Of a stretch of 34,867 bases of DNA, positions 9,119 to 17,718 are shown piece by piece. The notes under the pieces are model-generated. The model had not been told where the DNA came from. It saw nothing but the letters and a program-made list of their open reading frames with translations, and made no database searches. Positions within the stretch are counted from its first letter, which is position 1; each line of letters opens with the position of its first letter. The DNA comes from Candidatus Woesearchaeota archaeon (GTDB taxonomy: Archaea > Nanobdellota > Nanobdellia > Pacearchaeales > GW2011-AR1). Made by a program: the position numbers and the translations under genes. The stretch lies in NCBI GenBank assembly GCA_964621965.1, contig CAZUOZ010000004.1, positions 1 to 34,867 of the forward strand, written 5' to 3'.

Positions 9119-9610
9119 TTAAAGCTTATTAGTCTTTTTTATTTCTTTCTCTTCTTTCTGATGTTCAAGATGAATTTGTCCACCTGCTTTTTTTATTTTT
9201 TCAATAGCACTAAGAGAAGCCTCTTTAGCATGAATTATTAATTTTTCCTTTATCTCCCCGTCTCCTAGAATTTTATATTTATTCAGATTTATCTCTATTC
9301 CTTTTGGAGTGTCTTTTGCAAGCCCTTTTTTCCTGTATCTTTCAATATTAAGGAAAATATCTTTAAGGTTTATTCTTTTCCTTATATCTCTCTTCGTCCC
9401 TTTACTTGTTATACCTTGTTTTCCAAAATAATTATTTCCGTATAATTTTAGGACCAGTGTTTTTTTCTGATCTGCTCTTTTTCCAGAACCAGCCATACCT
9501 ATTCCTCCTCTATGTCCAGATCCTTTCCTTTTTTTCCTCGCTCCTCCTCCGTGAGTCCCCATACCCTTTCCATGCATTCTTGTAGATTTTTTTCTTTTTT
9601 TGATTTTCAT
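9119..9610 (-). CDS. rpl15: Ribosomal protein uL15
   Basis: Gly/Arg/Lys-rich N terminus HGKGMGTHGGGARKKRKGSGHRGGIGMAGSGK. Operon position. Confidence 0.92.
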   Translation of the reverse strand: MKIKKRKKSTRMHGKGMGTHGGGARKKRKGSGHRGGIGMAGSGKRADQKKTLVLKLYGNNYFGKQGITSKGTKRDIRKRINLKDIFLNIERYRKKGLAKDTPKGIEINLNKYKILGDGEIKEKLIIHAKEASLSAIEKIKKAGGQIHLEHQKEEKEIKKTNKL

Positions 9611-10032
9611 ATCATTCTCTCCAATAATCTATTTATTTCTTTTCCATGATTTCCCAGAACACCTTTTTCTTTTCCAAAATGTCTTTTAGTGTTTATTCCC
9701 CCTCTTGCTGGATGTAATCTAAAAAAAGGTTTCACATTTAAGTCTTCAAATTTTTTTCCTTTAATTAATTCTTCAATTATTTTTTTTGAATCTATTTTCT
9801 TTTTCTTGTCTATCTGTTTTCCTCTTTTTTCAATTAATTTCTCAAAAGTTTCATTATCTATTTCTCCATAGGCAACAGAATCTTTTAATTTCTTAATCAT
9901 TCCTTCATGTTGTTTAGATGGAGAAGGAAGAACTACACAAGAATATTTTCTTTTCAATCGTAATCTATCAAGAGTTTCTTTTAAGTCTCTATTCATTCCG
10001 ACTTCTCCAATTATTCTTATTATCGCTATCAT
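9607..10032 (-). CDS. rpl30: Ribosomal protein uL30
   Basis: IAIIRIIGEVGMNRDLKETLDRLRLKRKYSCVVL. 4-nt overlaps on both sides. Confidence 0.9.
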   Translation of the reverse strand: MIAIIRIIGEVGMNRDLKETLDRLRLKRKYSCVVLPSPSKQHEGMIKKLKDSVAYGEIDNETFEKLIEKRGKQIDKKKKIDSKKIIEELIKGKKFEDLNVKPFFRLHPARGGINTKRHFGKEKGVLGNHGKEINRLLERMI

Positions 10033-10778
10033 TTTTGAAGGTTAGTCTCCTTTAATGCATTTATACAGGCTTTTATTAAGTTAAAGGATGTTCTTTGTTT
10101 TCCAAACGTTTTACTATAAACATCTTTTATTCCTGCAAGTTTTAAGACCTTTTTTAATTCACTAGCAACTACTAATCCTGTTCCTTGTGGTGCAGGGATC
10201 AAAAAAACTCTTATGCTTCCAGACTTTCCAGAAACCTTAAATGGAACGGTGTGTGGTTCAGAACAAGCACAATCAAATGATGCGCAAGTTCTTTTTACCT
10301 TAATTATATTTAATTTTGCTTTTCTTAGGGCTTTATCTCTAGCTGGAAGTGTCTCTTTTGATTTTCCATCTCCAATTCCTACATGGCCATTCTCATCTCC
10401 TATTACTGCCATTGTTGAGAAAGTTGGAACATTTCCTTCTTGGGTTTTTCTTTGTGTTTGTCTCCAAGCTCTTCTTTTTCCTCCTCCAAACTTTCCTTTA
10501 GATTGTCCTATAGAAATTAAATCTGATTTTACATCTAGGAGAGAATCTACAATCTGTTCTTCCAAAATCTTCTGTTTTCCATCGAGAATTTCGTCTATAT
10601 TTTTTATTTTCCCCTCCTTCACTTCTCTTCCAAGCTTGGTTTTAGGAGTCCATGAAGATAAAACTGTTTCTTTTGGAGTTGGTTCTTTCTTTTTTACTTC
10701 TTCTTCAATTATTTCAAGGACTTCTCCCTCTGCAATTTCTTCTATTTTATTTTCTTTTATTCCTTCAATTTTTGTCAT
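10029..10778 (-). CDS. rps5: Ribosomal protein uS5
   Basis: VPFKVSGKSGSIRVFLIPAPQGTGLVVASELKKVLKLAGIKDVYSKTFG. Acidic N-terminal extension. Confidence 0.93.
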   Translation of the reverse strand: MTKIEGIKENKIEEIAEGEVLEIIEEEVKKKEPTPKETVLSSWTPKTKLGREVKEGKIKNIDEILDGKQKILEEQIVDSLLDVKSDLISIGQSKGKFGGGKRRAWRQTQRKTQEGNVPTFSTMAVIGDENGHVGIGDGKSKETLPARDKALRKAKLNIIKVKRTCASFDCACSEPHTVPFKVSGKSGSIRVFLIPAPQGTGLVVASELKKVLKLAGIKDVYSKTFGKQRTSFNLIKACINALKETNLQK

Positions 10779-11266
10779 TTTTCTAAATTTGATTTTATTT
10801 CTTTAAATTGTTTTGAAAAATCCTCTTTAAGGTTCTTTCCTACTATTTTATCTTCTTCTGGAAAAAATTCTTCATCACATTTTATGTTTATTCCAGAATC
10901 CTTTAATCCTTTTAAAAAACCATATACTTTAGACTTGTGAAGGACTCTAATCATTCCTAAATCGACTATTGGTTCCTTTTTCTTTTTCTTTTTTATTTCC
11001 AAACCCATTGAATATCCTGTTAAGTAAGAAGCAGGAATGGATTTTAAACTTCCTTTAAATTTTTCTGGCCAACCCTTTGTTAGGAGTTTTTTAGAATTTA
11101 CTTCTATTTCTATTCTGTCTTGTGCCCCGCTACTCTCGACATATTGCGAAATGATATATTTGTTTGTTTTTCTGAAAACAATTCTAGGAATTCCACCTTT
11201 CAAAAGATTTAATCTTTTAGAATAATCAGTTTTATTTTCCATTCTTCTTCTTTTCATAACTTTCAT
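10775..11266 (-). CDS. rpl18: Ribosomal protein uL18
   Basis: NKTDYSKRLNLLKGGIPRIVFRKTNKYIISQ. Operon position. Confidence 0.9.
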   Translation of the reverse strand: MKVMKRRRMENKTDYSKRLNLLKGGIPRIVFRKTNKYIISQYVESSGAQDRIEIEVNSKKLLTKGWPEKFKGSLKSIPASYLTGYSMGLEIKKKKKKEPIVDLGMIRVLHKSKVYGFLKGLKDSGINIKCDEEFFPEEDKIVGKNLKEDFSKQFKEIKSNLEK

Positions 11267-11670
11267 CTTTTTAATTCTCCTTCTTGTATTTTAAAATGTG
11301 CTTTACTTCTATATTGTTTATTCCTTATCTTCTTTCTTATTTCTTTTGAATCTATTTTTGAAACTTTTCCAGCCTTTTTTGAAAGGCTCAATTCTTTTCT
11401 AAGCTTTCTAGTCAATGCCATGTAAGTTTTCTTTTTACCTTTCATATGTTTTCTTTTATTTCCGTCTCCTTTTTTTCTTTTTTTAGAAGGTTTTCTTTTT
11501 CTTCCTTTAATACTTTTTATAACTATAGCATTTTCTTTATGCAAATCCCTTATATCTTGTTTAGTCATGGCTTCTTTTATTTCACTTAATCTAGAAGGGA
11601 AAAAGAATATTCTTTCTTTTCCTACTTTTAATGCCCTTGCCGCCAATTCTTTTTTCTTATTTAGGTTCAT
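11263..11670 (-). CDS. rpl19e: Ribosomal protein eL19
   Basis: N terminus KKKELAARALKVGKERIFF followed by a highly basic body. Position between eL32 and uL18. Confidence 0.88.
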   Translation of the reverse strand: MNLNKKKELAARALKVGKERIFFFPSRLSEIKEAMTKQDIRDLHKENAIVIKSIKGRKRKPSKKRKKGDGNKRKHMKGKKKTYMALTRKLRKELSLSKKAGKVSKIDSKEIRKKIRNKQYRSKAHFKIQEGELKR

Positions 11671-12035
11671 TTTTTATTTTCCTTTTTTATTATTTTTTTA
11701 GGATTTAAGTTGTATATTTCTATTTTTTTATCTTTAGCAATTTTAGCAATTTCTATTTTTTTCTTTTTTCCTATTTTTCCAAGGATTCCTATTTTTCCTT
11801 TTACTATTTTTTCTAGGTCTTTTATTGTATTTATTTTTACTGGAATTTTTCCTCGCACTAATCCTTTTTCCTCTTTTTTAGTTCCATAACCTATGCTAAC
11901 TACTGCAGGATAACCTCTTCTTTTCTCTCTCATCTTGTTATCTCTTCCAGAAGGTCTTCTCCAAACTTGCTTATTTTTTCTTCTCTTTCCAAGTTTTGAA
12001 TATCTAAACCAACCTTTTCTCAAAAATTCAACCAT
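11667..12035 (-). CDS. rpl32e: Ribosomal protein eL32
   Basis: WRRPSGRDNKMREKRRGYPAVVSIGYG. Operon position. Confidence 0.88.
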   Translation of the reverse strand: MVEFLRKGWFRYSKLGKRRKNKQVWRRPSGRDNKMREKRRGYPAVVSIGYGTKKEEKGLVRGKIPVKINTIKDLEKIVKGKIGILGKIGKKKKIEIAKIAKDKKIEIYNLNPKKIIKKENKK

Positions 12036-12580
12036 TATATTTCTCTCCCTGGCTTGTGTGTTATGAATATTCCATCTTGGAATACTCTTCTATCCCTTTT
12101 ACTTATTCTTGTTATGGATTCAAATTTTGCAGCGGTTCTTCCAGCAAGTTCTAAATCACAAGAAGAAATAGTGATAATTCCTCCATCATTTTTAACCTTG
12201 ACTCCTTCTTTTGCAAATTCAAATACTCTCGGAACTTTTTCTCCAAGAAAGTTTTTTATTGTTGCCTTATTTCCATTTATTTCTAGCGTAGCTGGAAAAT
12301 GGCTAAAACATACTTTTAATTTATATTCAAATTCTTCATTAACTCCTTTAATCATATTTCTTATGTGTGCTGCAGTTGTGTTTATTTTTCTTTTTTCGTT
12401 TTTAGTAGAATTTTTATTCCCAATTAAAACTTTTCCTTCCTTCTTTTCCAAAAAAATTTTATAGAGATTAAATTTTCTTTTAATTTCTCCTTTTGGCCCC
12501 CTAACCCCCAATTCTCCATTATCAATAGTTACATTTGTTCCTTCTGGAATTTCTATTTCTTGTAAAATTTCTTTTTTCAT
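12035..12580 (-). CDS. rpl6: Ribosomal protein uL6
   Basis: IEIPEGTNVTIDNGELGVRGPKGEIKRKF. Two-domain length of 181 aa. Confidence 0.92.
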   Translation of the reverse strand: MKKEILQEIEIPEGTNVTIDNGELGVRGPKGEIKRKFNLYKIFLEKKEGKVLIGNKNSTKNEKRKINTTAAHIRNMIKGVNEEFEYKLKVCFSHFPATLEINGNKATIKNFLGEKVPRVFEFAKEGVKVKNDGGIITISSCDLELAGRTAAKFESITRISKRDRRVFQDGIFITHKPGREI

Positions 12581-12581
12581 C

Positions 12582-12962
12582 TTAATAGAAATATGCGATC
12601 AAGCATCCTCCTATCTTTTCTCCTTCAGCTTCCTCATGAGTCATTAAGCCTTTATTTGTGGAAATTATGATTGTTCCAAAGTTTCTAGAAGGAAGATATC
12701 TTCTTCGGTATTTGTCTATTGTATTTTTATCAACAGTAAATCTTGGCTTTATTGCTTTACACTCCCATAATTCTCCAATAGTAATTTCGATAGATTTTTC
12801 TTTAGTATTTATTTTATATTTTTTTATTGCTCCTTTTTGCTTCATTATTTTTAAAACTTCTATTAATAGATTTGAAATTCTATTTATCTTTACTTCTTCT
12901 TTTCCAGCTTTCTTGGAATTCTTCATCATATTTAATGCATCGGCAACGATATCTTGTGACAT
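12582..12962 (-). CDS. rps8: Ribosomal protein uS8
   Basis: N terminus DIVADALNMMKNSKKAG and C terminus GEKIGGCLIAYFY. Confidence 0.92.
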   Translation of the reverse strand: MSQDIVADALNMMKNSKKAGKEEVKINRISNLLIEVLKIMKQKGAIKKYKINTKEKSIEITIGELWECKAIKPRFTVDKNTIDKYRRRYLPSRNFGTIIISTNKGLMTHEEAEGEKIGGCLIAYFY

Positions 12963-12971
12963 TTTTTTCTC

Positions 12972-13202
12972 CTAACTATATTTTTTGAATCCGATTTCTG
13001 TAGCGATTTCTCTGAAACAGTGTCGGCATAAATTTAATCCATATGAACTTATATGTGCACCAAATCTCCCACATCTTTCGCACTTTTTTACAGCTATACC
13101 TGTCTTTCTTTCTTTTGGCTTGCAGTGTTTTATAAACTTATTTTTTACAGCTGGTTTTCTTTCAAGCTGTTTCAATATTTTTCTCCAGTCACTTGCGCCC
13201 AT
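12972..13202 (-). CDS. rps14: Ribosomal protein uS14 (zinc type), with N-terminal extension
   Basis: CERCGRFGAHISSYGLNLCRHCFRE zinc-ribbon motif. The ATG at 13202 abuts the uL5 stop (13204-13206). Confidence 0.9.
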   Translation of the reverse strand: MGASDWRKILKQLERKPAVKNKFIKHCKPKERKTGIAVKKCERCGRFGAHISSYGLNLCRHCFREIATEIGFKKYS

Positions 13203-13203
13203 A

Positions 13204-13704
13204 TTAGATAAACTTTGTTTGAAAGTTTTCCTCCATGAATTTAATTACTTCTCCTTTTGAAATTATTTGTCTTGTAGATTTTTTTCCTCTTCCAATTTTT
13301 TTTAATCCAGTTCTCTTTCCCGCTCTTTTAAGGGTGATTGTTACATCAAAGCCTACTATTCCTATGTCTCTTTGATATTCCATTCCAGGAATTTCTATGT
13401 ATTCTTTTATTCCAAAAGATAAGGTGTTTTCGCTAGCTTGTTTTATCTTTAAAGTATTTTCTTTTGCAACTAAGAGTCTTTTAAGCATTTCTTCTGGATT
13501 TTTTCGTATAGTTATCATAGCACCGATCTCAAGCCCAGGCCTTACTCCAAGGGTAGGTATTCTTTTCTTTGATTTTCTCCTTGATGCTTTTTTTAAAGTG
13601 ATTCTTTCAATTATTTTAATTCCTTTTTCTAATACTTCTCCCGTTCCTCCTACACCTAGTATAATCTTTTCCAACTTTATTTTTTCCATTATGTTTTGTT
13701 TCAT
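13204..13704 (-). CDS. rpl5: Ribosomal protein uL5
   Basis: KLEKIILGVGGTG and EYQRDIGIVGFDVTITL. Operon position. Confidence 0.92.
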   Translation of the reverse strand: MKQNIMEKIKLEKIILGVGGTGEVLEKGIKIIERITLKKASRRKSKKRIPTLGVRPGLEIGAMITIRKNPEEMLKRLLVAKENTLKIKQASENTLSFGIKEYIEIPGMEYQRDIGIVGFDVTITLKRAGKRTGLKKIGRGKKSTRQIISKGEVIKFMEENFQTKFI

Positions 13705-14354
13705 TCTTCAACCACTATCAATTGTTTAATTAAAACCTTAGTTGGTTTTCCACCAAGTTCAATTTCCACCATTTTTTTCTCATTATCTATACTTTTAATT
13801 TTTCCCTTTTCTCCAATATGTTTTCCTGCAAAAATAAGAACACTTGCTCCTTCTTTTAGTGGAAGAATTTTTTCTATTTTTCTTTTTTCAAATAAAAACA
13901 CAACCGAATCATTCACTTTTGTTTTTAAATCAGAAAGAATATTTCTTCCATCAATCAAATTTATTTGTACTTTTCCGGTTTTTATTTTCTTTTTATTTAT
14001 TATCTTGGAAACTTTTTTAAAGGAATCTCCTTCCTTTATTTCTTCTACTGCAAATTTTCCTTTCTCAGATAAAACCAATCTATAATTCTTTTTTGAAGGG
14101 AGAATAGAAATTACGTCAAATAAATTAACTAAACTTCTTTCTTCAAAAATTTCTTTTTTATTAAGCATTATTTTTTTAGATTTAATTGCCTTTTTTGCTT
14201 CTTTTCTATCTTTTGTTATCTTCAAAATATCTCTGAGAATTATTAAAAGAGGGATACCTTTGCTTAATCCTGAACTAGGTGACACTACATAAGCCGTTCC
14301 TTTCCTAGGAATAGGCCAGCTCTTTGGCATTTTTTGTCTTTTTAAATAACTCAT
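13701..14354 (-). CDS. rps4e: Ribosomal protein eS4
   Basis: N terminus MSYLKRQKMPKSWPIPRKGTAYVVSPSSG. Length 217 aa. Confidence 0.92.
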   Translation of the reverse strand: MSYLKRQKMPKSWPIPRKGTAYVVSPSSGLSKGIPLLIILRDILKITKDRKEAKKAIKSKKIMLNKKEIFEERSLVNLFDVISILPSKKNYRLVLSEKGKFAVEEIKEGDSFKKVSKIINKKKIKTGKVQINLIDGRNILSDLKTKVNDSVVFLFEKRKIEKILPLKEGASVLIFAGKHIGEKGKIKSIDNEKKMVEIELGGKPTKVLIKQLIVVEE

Positions 14355-14779
14355 TTTTTCTTTACTCCTTCGTCCTTTTGTATCTTTTTATCTCTTTGTG
14401 TTTTTTTCTCTAGAATATTTTTTCTTTTTCTATCTTCAATATTTAATTCGATTATTTGAAGATTTGAAGGATGCATTTTAATATTAGCTTTTGATCCGTC
14501 TTGTTTTTTAATTTGTATTCCTTCTATAACTACCTTAGAATTTTTCAAATAAATTTCAGTTATTTTTCCAGTTCTTTTTTTGAAATTTCCTTTCATTATT
14601 TTTACAGTATCCCCTTTCCTTAAAGGTAGGTTTCTCTTTTCATATTTTGTTCTAAGTTCTTTAGAGAGGTTTGAACAAAGAAATTTTTTTCTTATACTCA
14701 AAGGAGCTTTTGCTATGTATTTTCTTTGTTTTCTTGGTTGTTTACTTGCTTTCCAGTTTTTTGAAAAAATTGTTTTCAT
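14351..14779 (-). CDS. rpl24: Ribosomal protein uL24
   Basis: KQPRKQRKYIAKAPLSIRKK and KOW motif LRKGDTVKIMKGNFKKRTGKI. Start moved to ATG 14779 (MKTIFSK), 1 nt after the uL14 stop, instead of the ORF-track start at 14827. Confidence 0.9.
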   Translation of the reverse strand: MKTIFSKNWKASKQPRKQRKYIAKAPLSIRKKFLCSNLSKELRTKYEKRNLPLRKGDTVKIMKGNFKKRTGKITEIYLKNSKVVIEGIQIKKQDGSKANIKMHPSNLQIIELNIEDRKRKNILEKKTQRDKKIQKDEGVKKK

Positions 14780-14780
14780 T

Positions 14781-15182
14781 TTAATAAGCAATTGAAGCGA
14801 TTTTTGCAACGCTAGGCCATCGCTCAACTACCTCCCTTGCAATTGGACCTTTTATTTGAGTTCCTTTTGGATTTCCTTTATCATCTTTAAGAACCGCAAC
14901 GGCATTATCTTCAAAAGATATCCTTTCTCCATTTAATCTTCGATATTGTTTTTTTTGTCTTATAATTATTGCATCAAAAACTTTTCCTTTCATATCCGGA
15001 ATTCCTTTTCTTACACTTACTTTAACCCAATCTGCTATTTTAGCACATCCTTGTTTTCCCTTCTTTCCTTTACCTTTTTTTACAGATACAATTTTAACCA
15101 TTTTTGCACCGCTATTATCAGATGCTGTTAAATAAGAGCCAATATTTAATCCTGCAGTTGTTCTCGCACTTACAGCTTTCAT
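14781..15182 (-). CDS. rpl14: Ribosomal protein uL14
   Basis: MKAVSARTTAGLNIGSYLTASDNSGAKMVKIVSV. The ORF-track start at 15200 is a TTG. ATG 15182 has a GGAG element about 10 nt upstream. Confidence 0.92.
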   Translation of the reverse strand: MKAVSARTTAGLNIGSYLTASDNSGAKMVKIVSVKKGKGKKGKQGCAKIADWVKVSVRKGIPDMKGKVFDAIIIRQKKQYRRLNGERISFEDNAVAVLKDDKGNPKGTQIKGPIAREVVERWPSVAKIASIAY

Positions 15183-15228
15183 TTGGTCATACTCCTGCAA
15201 TGAATAACTAACAATTCTATTTTTATTT

Positions 15229-15618
15229 TCATTTTTCTTCTTTTGATTTTATTTTTTTAATTACTACAAAATGTGTTATCTTGCTAAGAGGTCTGCACTC
15301 TCCCACTCTTACCAAATCGCCAATATTTATTTCATTTTGAAAGCAGAAAGGCATTCTTGCATGTATTTTTGTTCTGGATTTAGCATATCTTTCATATTTT
15401 CGAACATATATCATTCTTTCAAATTCTATAACTATTCTTTTTGAAAATTTTTTAATGATTCTTCCTTCAAAGATTCTCCCTCTCACACTAAGATTTCCAT
15501 GAACAGGACAATCTTTATCTTGGCATAAAGTTGACACTATTTTTGCTTCTTCTGCTTTCTGCTTTTCTTTACCCTTACCACTTTTGGGCGAAGTTTCTTT
15601 TTTTATTTTCTTTTCCAT
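15229..15618 (-). CDS. rps17: Ribosomal protein uS17
   Basis: CPVHGNLSVRGRIFEGRIIKKFSKRIVIEFE and IGDLVRVGECRPLSK. Confidence 0.92.
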   Translation of the reverse strand: MEKKIKKETSPKSGKGKEKQKAEEAKIVSTLCQDKDCPVHGNLSVRGRIFEGRIIKKFSKRIVIEFERMIYVRKYERYAKSRTKIHARMPFCFQNEINIGDLVRVGECRPLSKITHFVVIKKIKSKEEK

Positions 15619-15630
15619 TTTTTTGTTTTT

Positions 15631-15927
15631 TTAATCAATCGAATCTTCTTGAAAACCAAGTTTTCTCAAAATTTCTTTTGCTTTTTTTTGGTGGTCTCCT
15701 TGGAGTTCGATTGTCTTATCCTTATAGGTTCCTCCACAGGCAAGCTCATTTTTTAGAGCCTTTGCGATTTTTTTCCCATCTATTCCACTTCCAAATCCGG
15801 AAATCATCGTCGCTATTTTTCCGTATTTCTTCTTCTCTGTTGTTACTTGTATTCTCTGCGAACTCTTTGCAATCTGTTCACATACACACGCTTGCTTAGG
15901 CAAGCCACATTTTGGGCATATATCCAT
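15631..15927 (-). CDS. sui1: Translation initiation factor aSUI1 (aIF1)
   Basis: CPKCGLPKQACVCE zinc knuckle followed by the SUI1 fold KKYGKIATMISGFG...LKNELACGGTYKDKTIELQGDH. Start placed at ATG 15927 (MDICPKCG); the ORF-track start at 15957 is a TTG. Confidence 0.88.
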   Translation of the reverse strand: MDICPKCGLPKQACVCEQIAKSSQRIQVTTEKKKYGKIATMISGFGSGIDGKKIAKALKNELACGGTYKDKTIELQGDHQKKAKEILRKLGFQEDSID

Positions 15928-16102
15928 TGTCTTGTTTGAGTGTGAGTATTCGAGCAATCATTTTCTTTATTTCTTTTATCTTTGAACTTCCTGTTTTAGA
16001 GCCACTAACTCTTGCTTTGATTAATTCTGCTTTTAAATCTTTCAATTTCTTTTCTCTTTCTTCTTTACTTATTTGTTTAATCTCTTTTGCTTTTTTTGTC
16101 AT
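15896..16102 (-). CDS. rpl29: Ribosomal protein uL29
   Basis: IKQISKEEREKKLKDLKAELIKARV and KEIKKMIARILT. Position between uS3 and SUI1/uS17. Confidence 0.9.
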   Translation of the reverse strand: MTKKAKEIKQISKEEREKKLKDLKAELIKARVSGSKTGSSKIKEIKKMIARILTLKQDNGYMPKMWLA

Positions 16103-16778
16103 TTGATTTTTCTCTTACTTTTTTTAGAGGTTTTTTATTTAATTCTTCAAAGTCTATCTCACTCTTTTTTATTTTTTCTATTGCTTCTTCGTCTATTTTT
16201 ATATTATCAAGCATTTTTTCGTGCGGTGAAAGTATACTTACCTTCACTCCAATAACTCCAGGTTTAGTCTGAGCTATTGACTGAGCTTTATCTACAACTT
16301 TTGCACTGTCTCCAACCTTTTTTAAATATCCTTGAGCAAATCTCCAAGATTTTGCTCTAGAACTAGGTAATTTTCCATTTAGCCTTATTTCAACTCCAAG
16401 TGCGCCTGAACGAACTATTCTTTGGAGAGTTTTATATGCAATAACTTTAAATTTTATTGGACCAAATTTTTCAAGGCTAAGGGCGATATCATCCGCCATT
16501 ATTTGAGAGTCTAATTCTGGTTGCATTATCTCTTCTATTTCTATATGGGGATTTTCAAATTTGAATTTTTTTCTTAAAATTTCTGTTAGTTCAATTATTT
16601 TTTCTCCTTTTCTTCCAATTACTAAACCGGGCTTATGGGTAGAGATAACTATTTTTTCTCCAATAGGGGTATACTCTATTCTAACCTTACTTATTTTTCC
16701 CTTACCTAGAGATTTCTTAATTTCCTCTCTGATAGCAAATTCTTCTTTCTTTAATTGAACTAATTTTCTTTCTTCCAT
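16077..16778 (-). CDS. rps3: Ribosomal protein uS3
   Basis: KH domain IVISTHKPGLVIGRKGEKIIELTEIL. GALGVEIRLNGKLPSSRAKSWRFAQG. Confidence 0.93.
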   Translation of the reverse strand: MEERKLVQLKKEEFAIREEIKKSLGKGKISKVRIEYTPIGEKIVISTHKPGLVIGRKGEKIIELTEILRKKFKFENPHIEIEEIMQPELDSQIMADDIALSLEKFGPIKFKVIAYKTLQRIVRSGALGVEIRLNGKLPSSRAKSWRFAQGYLKKVGDSAKVVDKAQSIAQTKPGVIGVKVSILSPHEKMLDNIKIDEEAIEKIKKSEIDFEELNKKPLKKVREKSNDKKSKRD

Positions 16779-16779
16779 C

Positions 16780-17316
16780 TTATTTTTTAGCTTCTGTTAA
16801 TTTTTTATTTTCTTTTTTTTGAATTTCTTTTGCAATAATTTCGATATGTGTTCTTTTTCTTTTATACCTTCCAAATCTTCCTCTTGGTCTTGGAGCAAGA
16901 TTAGCAATAGCTTCAGTTATTATTGGGTTTTTAACATCATCTAAATTTGCATTTGCTTGAAGACTTTTTAATAATTTTATAAAATATTTTGTGGAATTAT
17001 ATGGATATTTTCCAGCCATTATTCCTTTCTTATGAGCAAACTCTCCTTTCATAGGTAGAGCTCTTTTTTTTGAAAGAACTTCTTCTAAAAGTTTAATGGC
17101 TTTTTCTATTTCTTTCTTTTTTATAAATTTACAAATAGCCACAGAGTGTCTTGTAGATATAGGTGCTCCAACCGCTCTTATCTTTGATTCTTGCTTTTTT
17201 TTCTTTTCTACTTTTTTAACTTCAAGAGGTTTTTCTTTTGAAGAGTCTGTTTTAATTTCTTCTTTCTTTTCAAGTTTCTCTTCTTTCAATTCCTTTTTCT
17301 TTTCTTGTTCTCTCAT
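16780..17316 (-). CDS. rpl22: Ribosomal protein uL22 with Lys/Glu-rich N-terminal extension
   Basis: APISTRHSVAICKFIKKKEIEKAIKLLEEV. Start moved to ATG 17316 (MREQEKKK), 1 nt after the uS19 stop at 17318-17320. Confidence 0.9.
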   Translation of the reverse strand: MREQEKKKELKEEKLEKKEEIKTDSSKEKPLEVKKVEKKKKQESKIRAVGAPISTRHSVAICKFIKKKEIEKAIKLLEEVLSKKRALPMKGEFAHKKGIMAGKYPYNSTKYFIKLLKSLQANANLDDVKNPIITEAIANLAPRPRGRFGRYKRKRTHIEIIAKEIQKKENKKLTEAKK

Positions 17317-17317
17317 T

Positions 17318-17713
17318 TTATTTCTTTGATTTTGCTTTACTTCCCTTTGTTGCACCCATTCCTGTCTTTCCATGCTTAACTCTATTTCTCGTAGGAGAAA
17401 ATTCACCTAATCTGTGTCCAAGCATTTCACCTGTTATTTCAAAAGGAAGAAATTTATTTCCGTTATGAACTTGAATTTTCATTCCAACCATTTGGGGAAC
17501 TATTATTAGATTTCTTTTGTGTGTTCTTATTTTCTTATCTCTAGATTCTTTTTCTCTACACCTACTTACAAAATTTTCAATATCTTGAAATTGTCTTAAA
17601 GCAGCTCTTCTAGGTCTTGACTCTAGGAATTTTGCAAATTCTCTCACATCGAGTTTTTTTAATTCTTCAATAGTTTTTCCTCTATATGTAAAATCTTTAT
17701 TTTTTATTTCCAT
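17318..17713 (-). CDS. rps19: Ribosomal protein uS19
   Basis: MVGMKIQVHNGNKFLPFEITGEMLGHRLGEFSPTR. Confidence 0.93.
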   Translation of the reverse strand: MEIKNKDFTYRGKTIEELKKLDVREFAKFLESRPRRAALRQFQDIENFVSRCREKESRDKKIRTHKRNLIIVPQMVGMKIQVHNGNKFLPFEITGEMLGHRLGEFSPTRNRVKHGKTGMGATKGSKAKSKK

Positions 17714-17718
17714 CGTTT

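Noticed and set aside
10213-10806. 197-aa plus-strand ORF, and many similar plus-strand ORFs inside the ribosomal-protein operon, SecY, AglB and others (for example 562-918, 12054-12464, 13696-14085, 18728-19186).
   Set aside because: All are antisense to confidently identified conserved genes. They translate to Phe/Ser/Ile/Leu-rich low-complexity peptides, as expected from the reverse strand of Lys/Glu/Ile-rich AT-rich genes.
14780-14827. Longer ORF-track N termini for uL24 (14827), uL14 (15200, TTG), uL22 (17406) and aSUI1 (15957, TTG).
   Set aside because: Each extension overlaps the preceding conserved gene. In every case an internal ATG sits 1-2 nt from the upstream stop or behind a GGAG element, and it restores the canonical ribosomal-protein N terminus.
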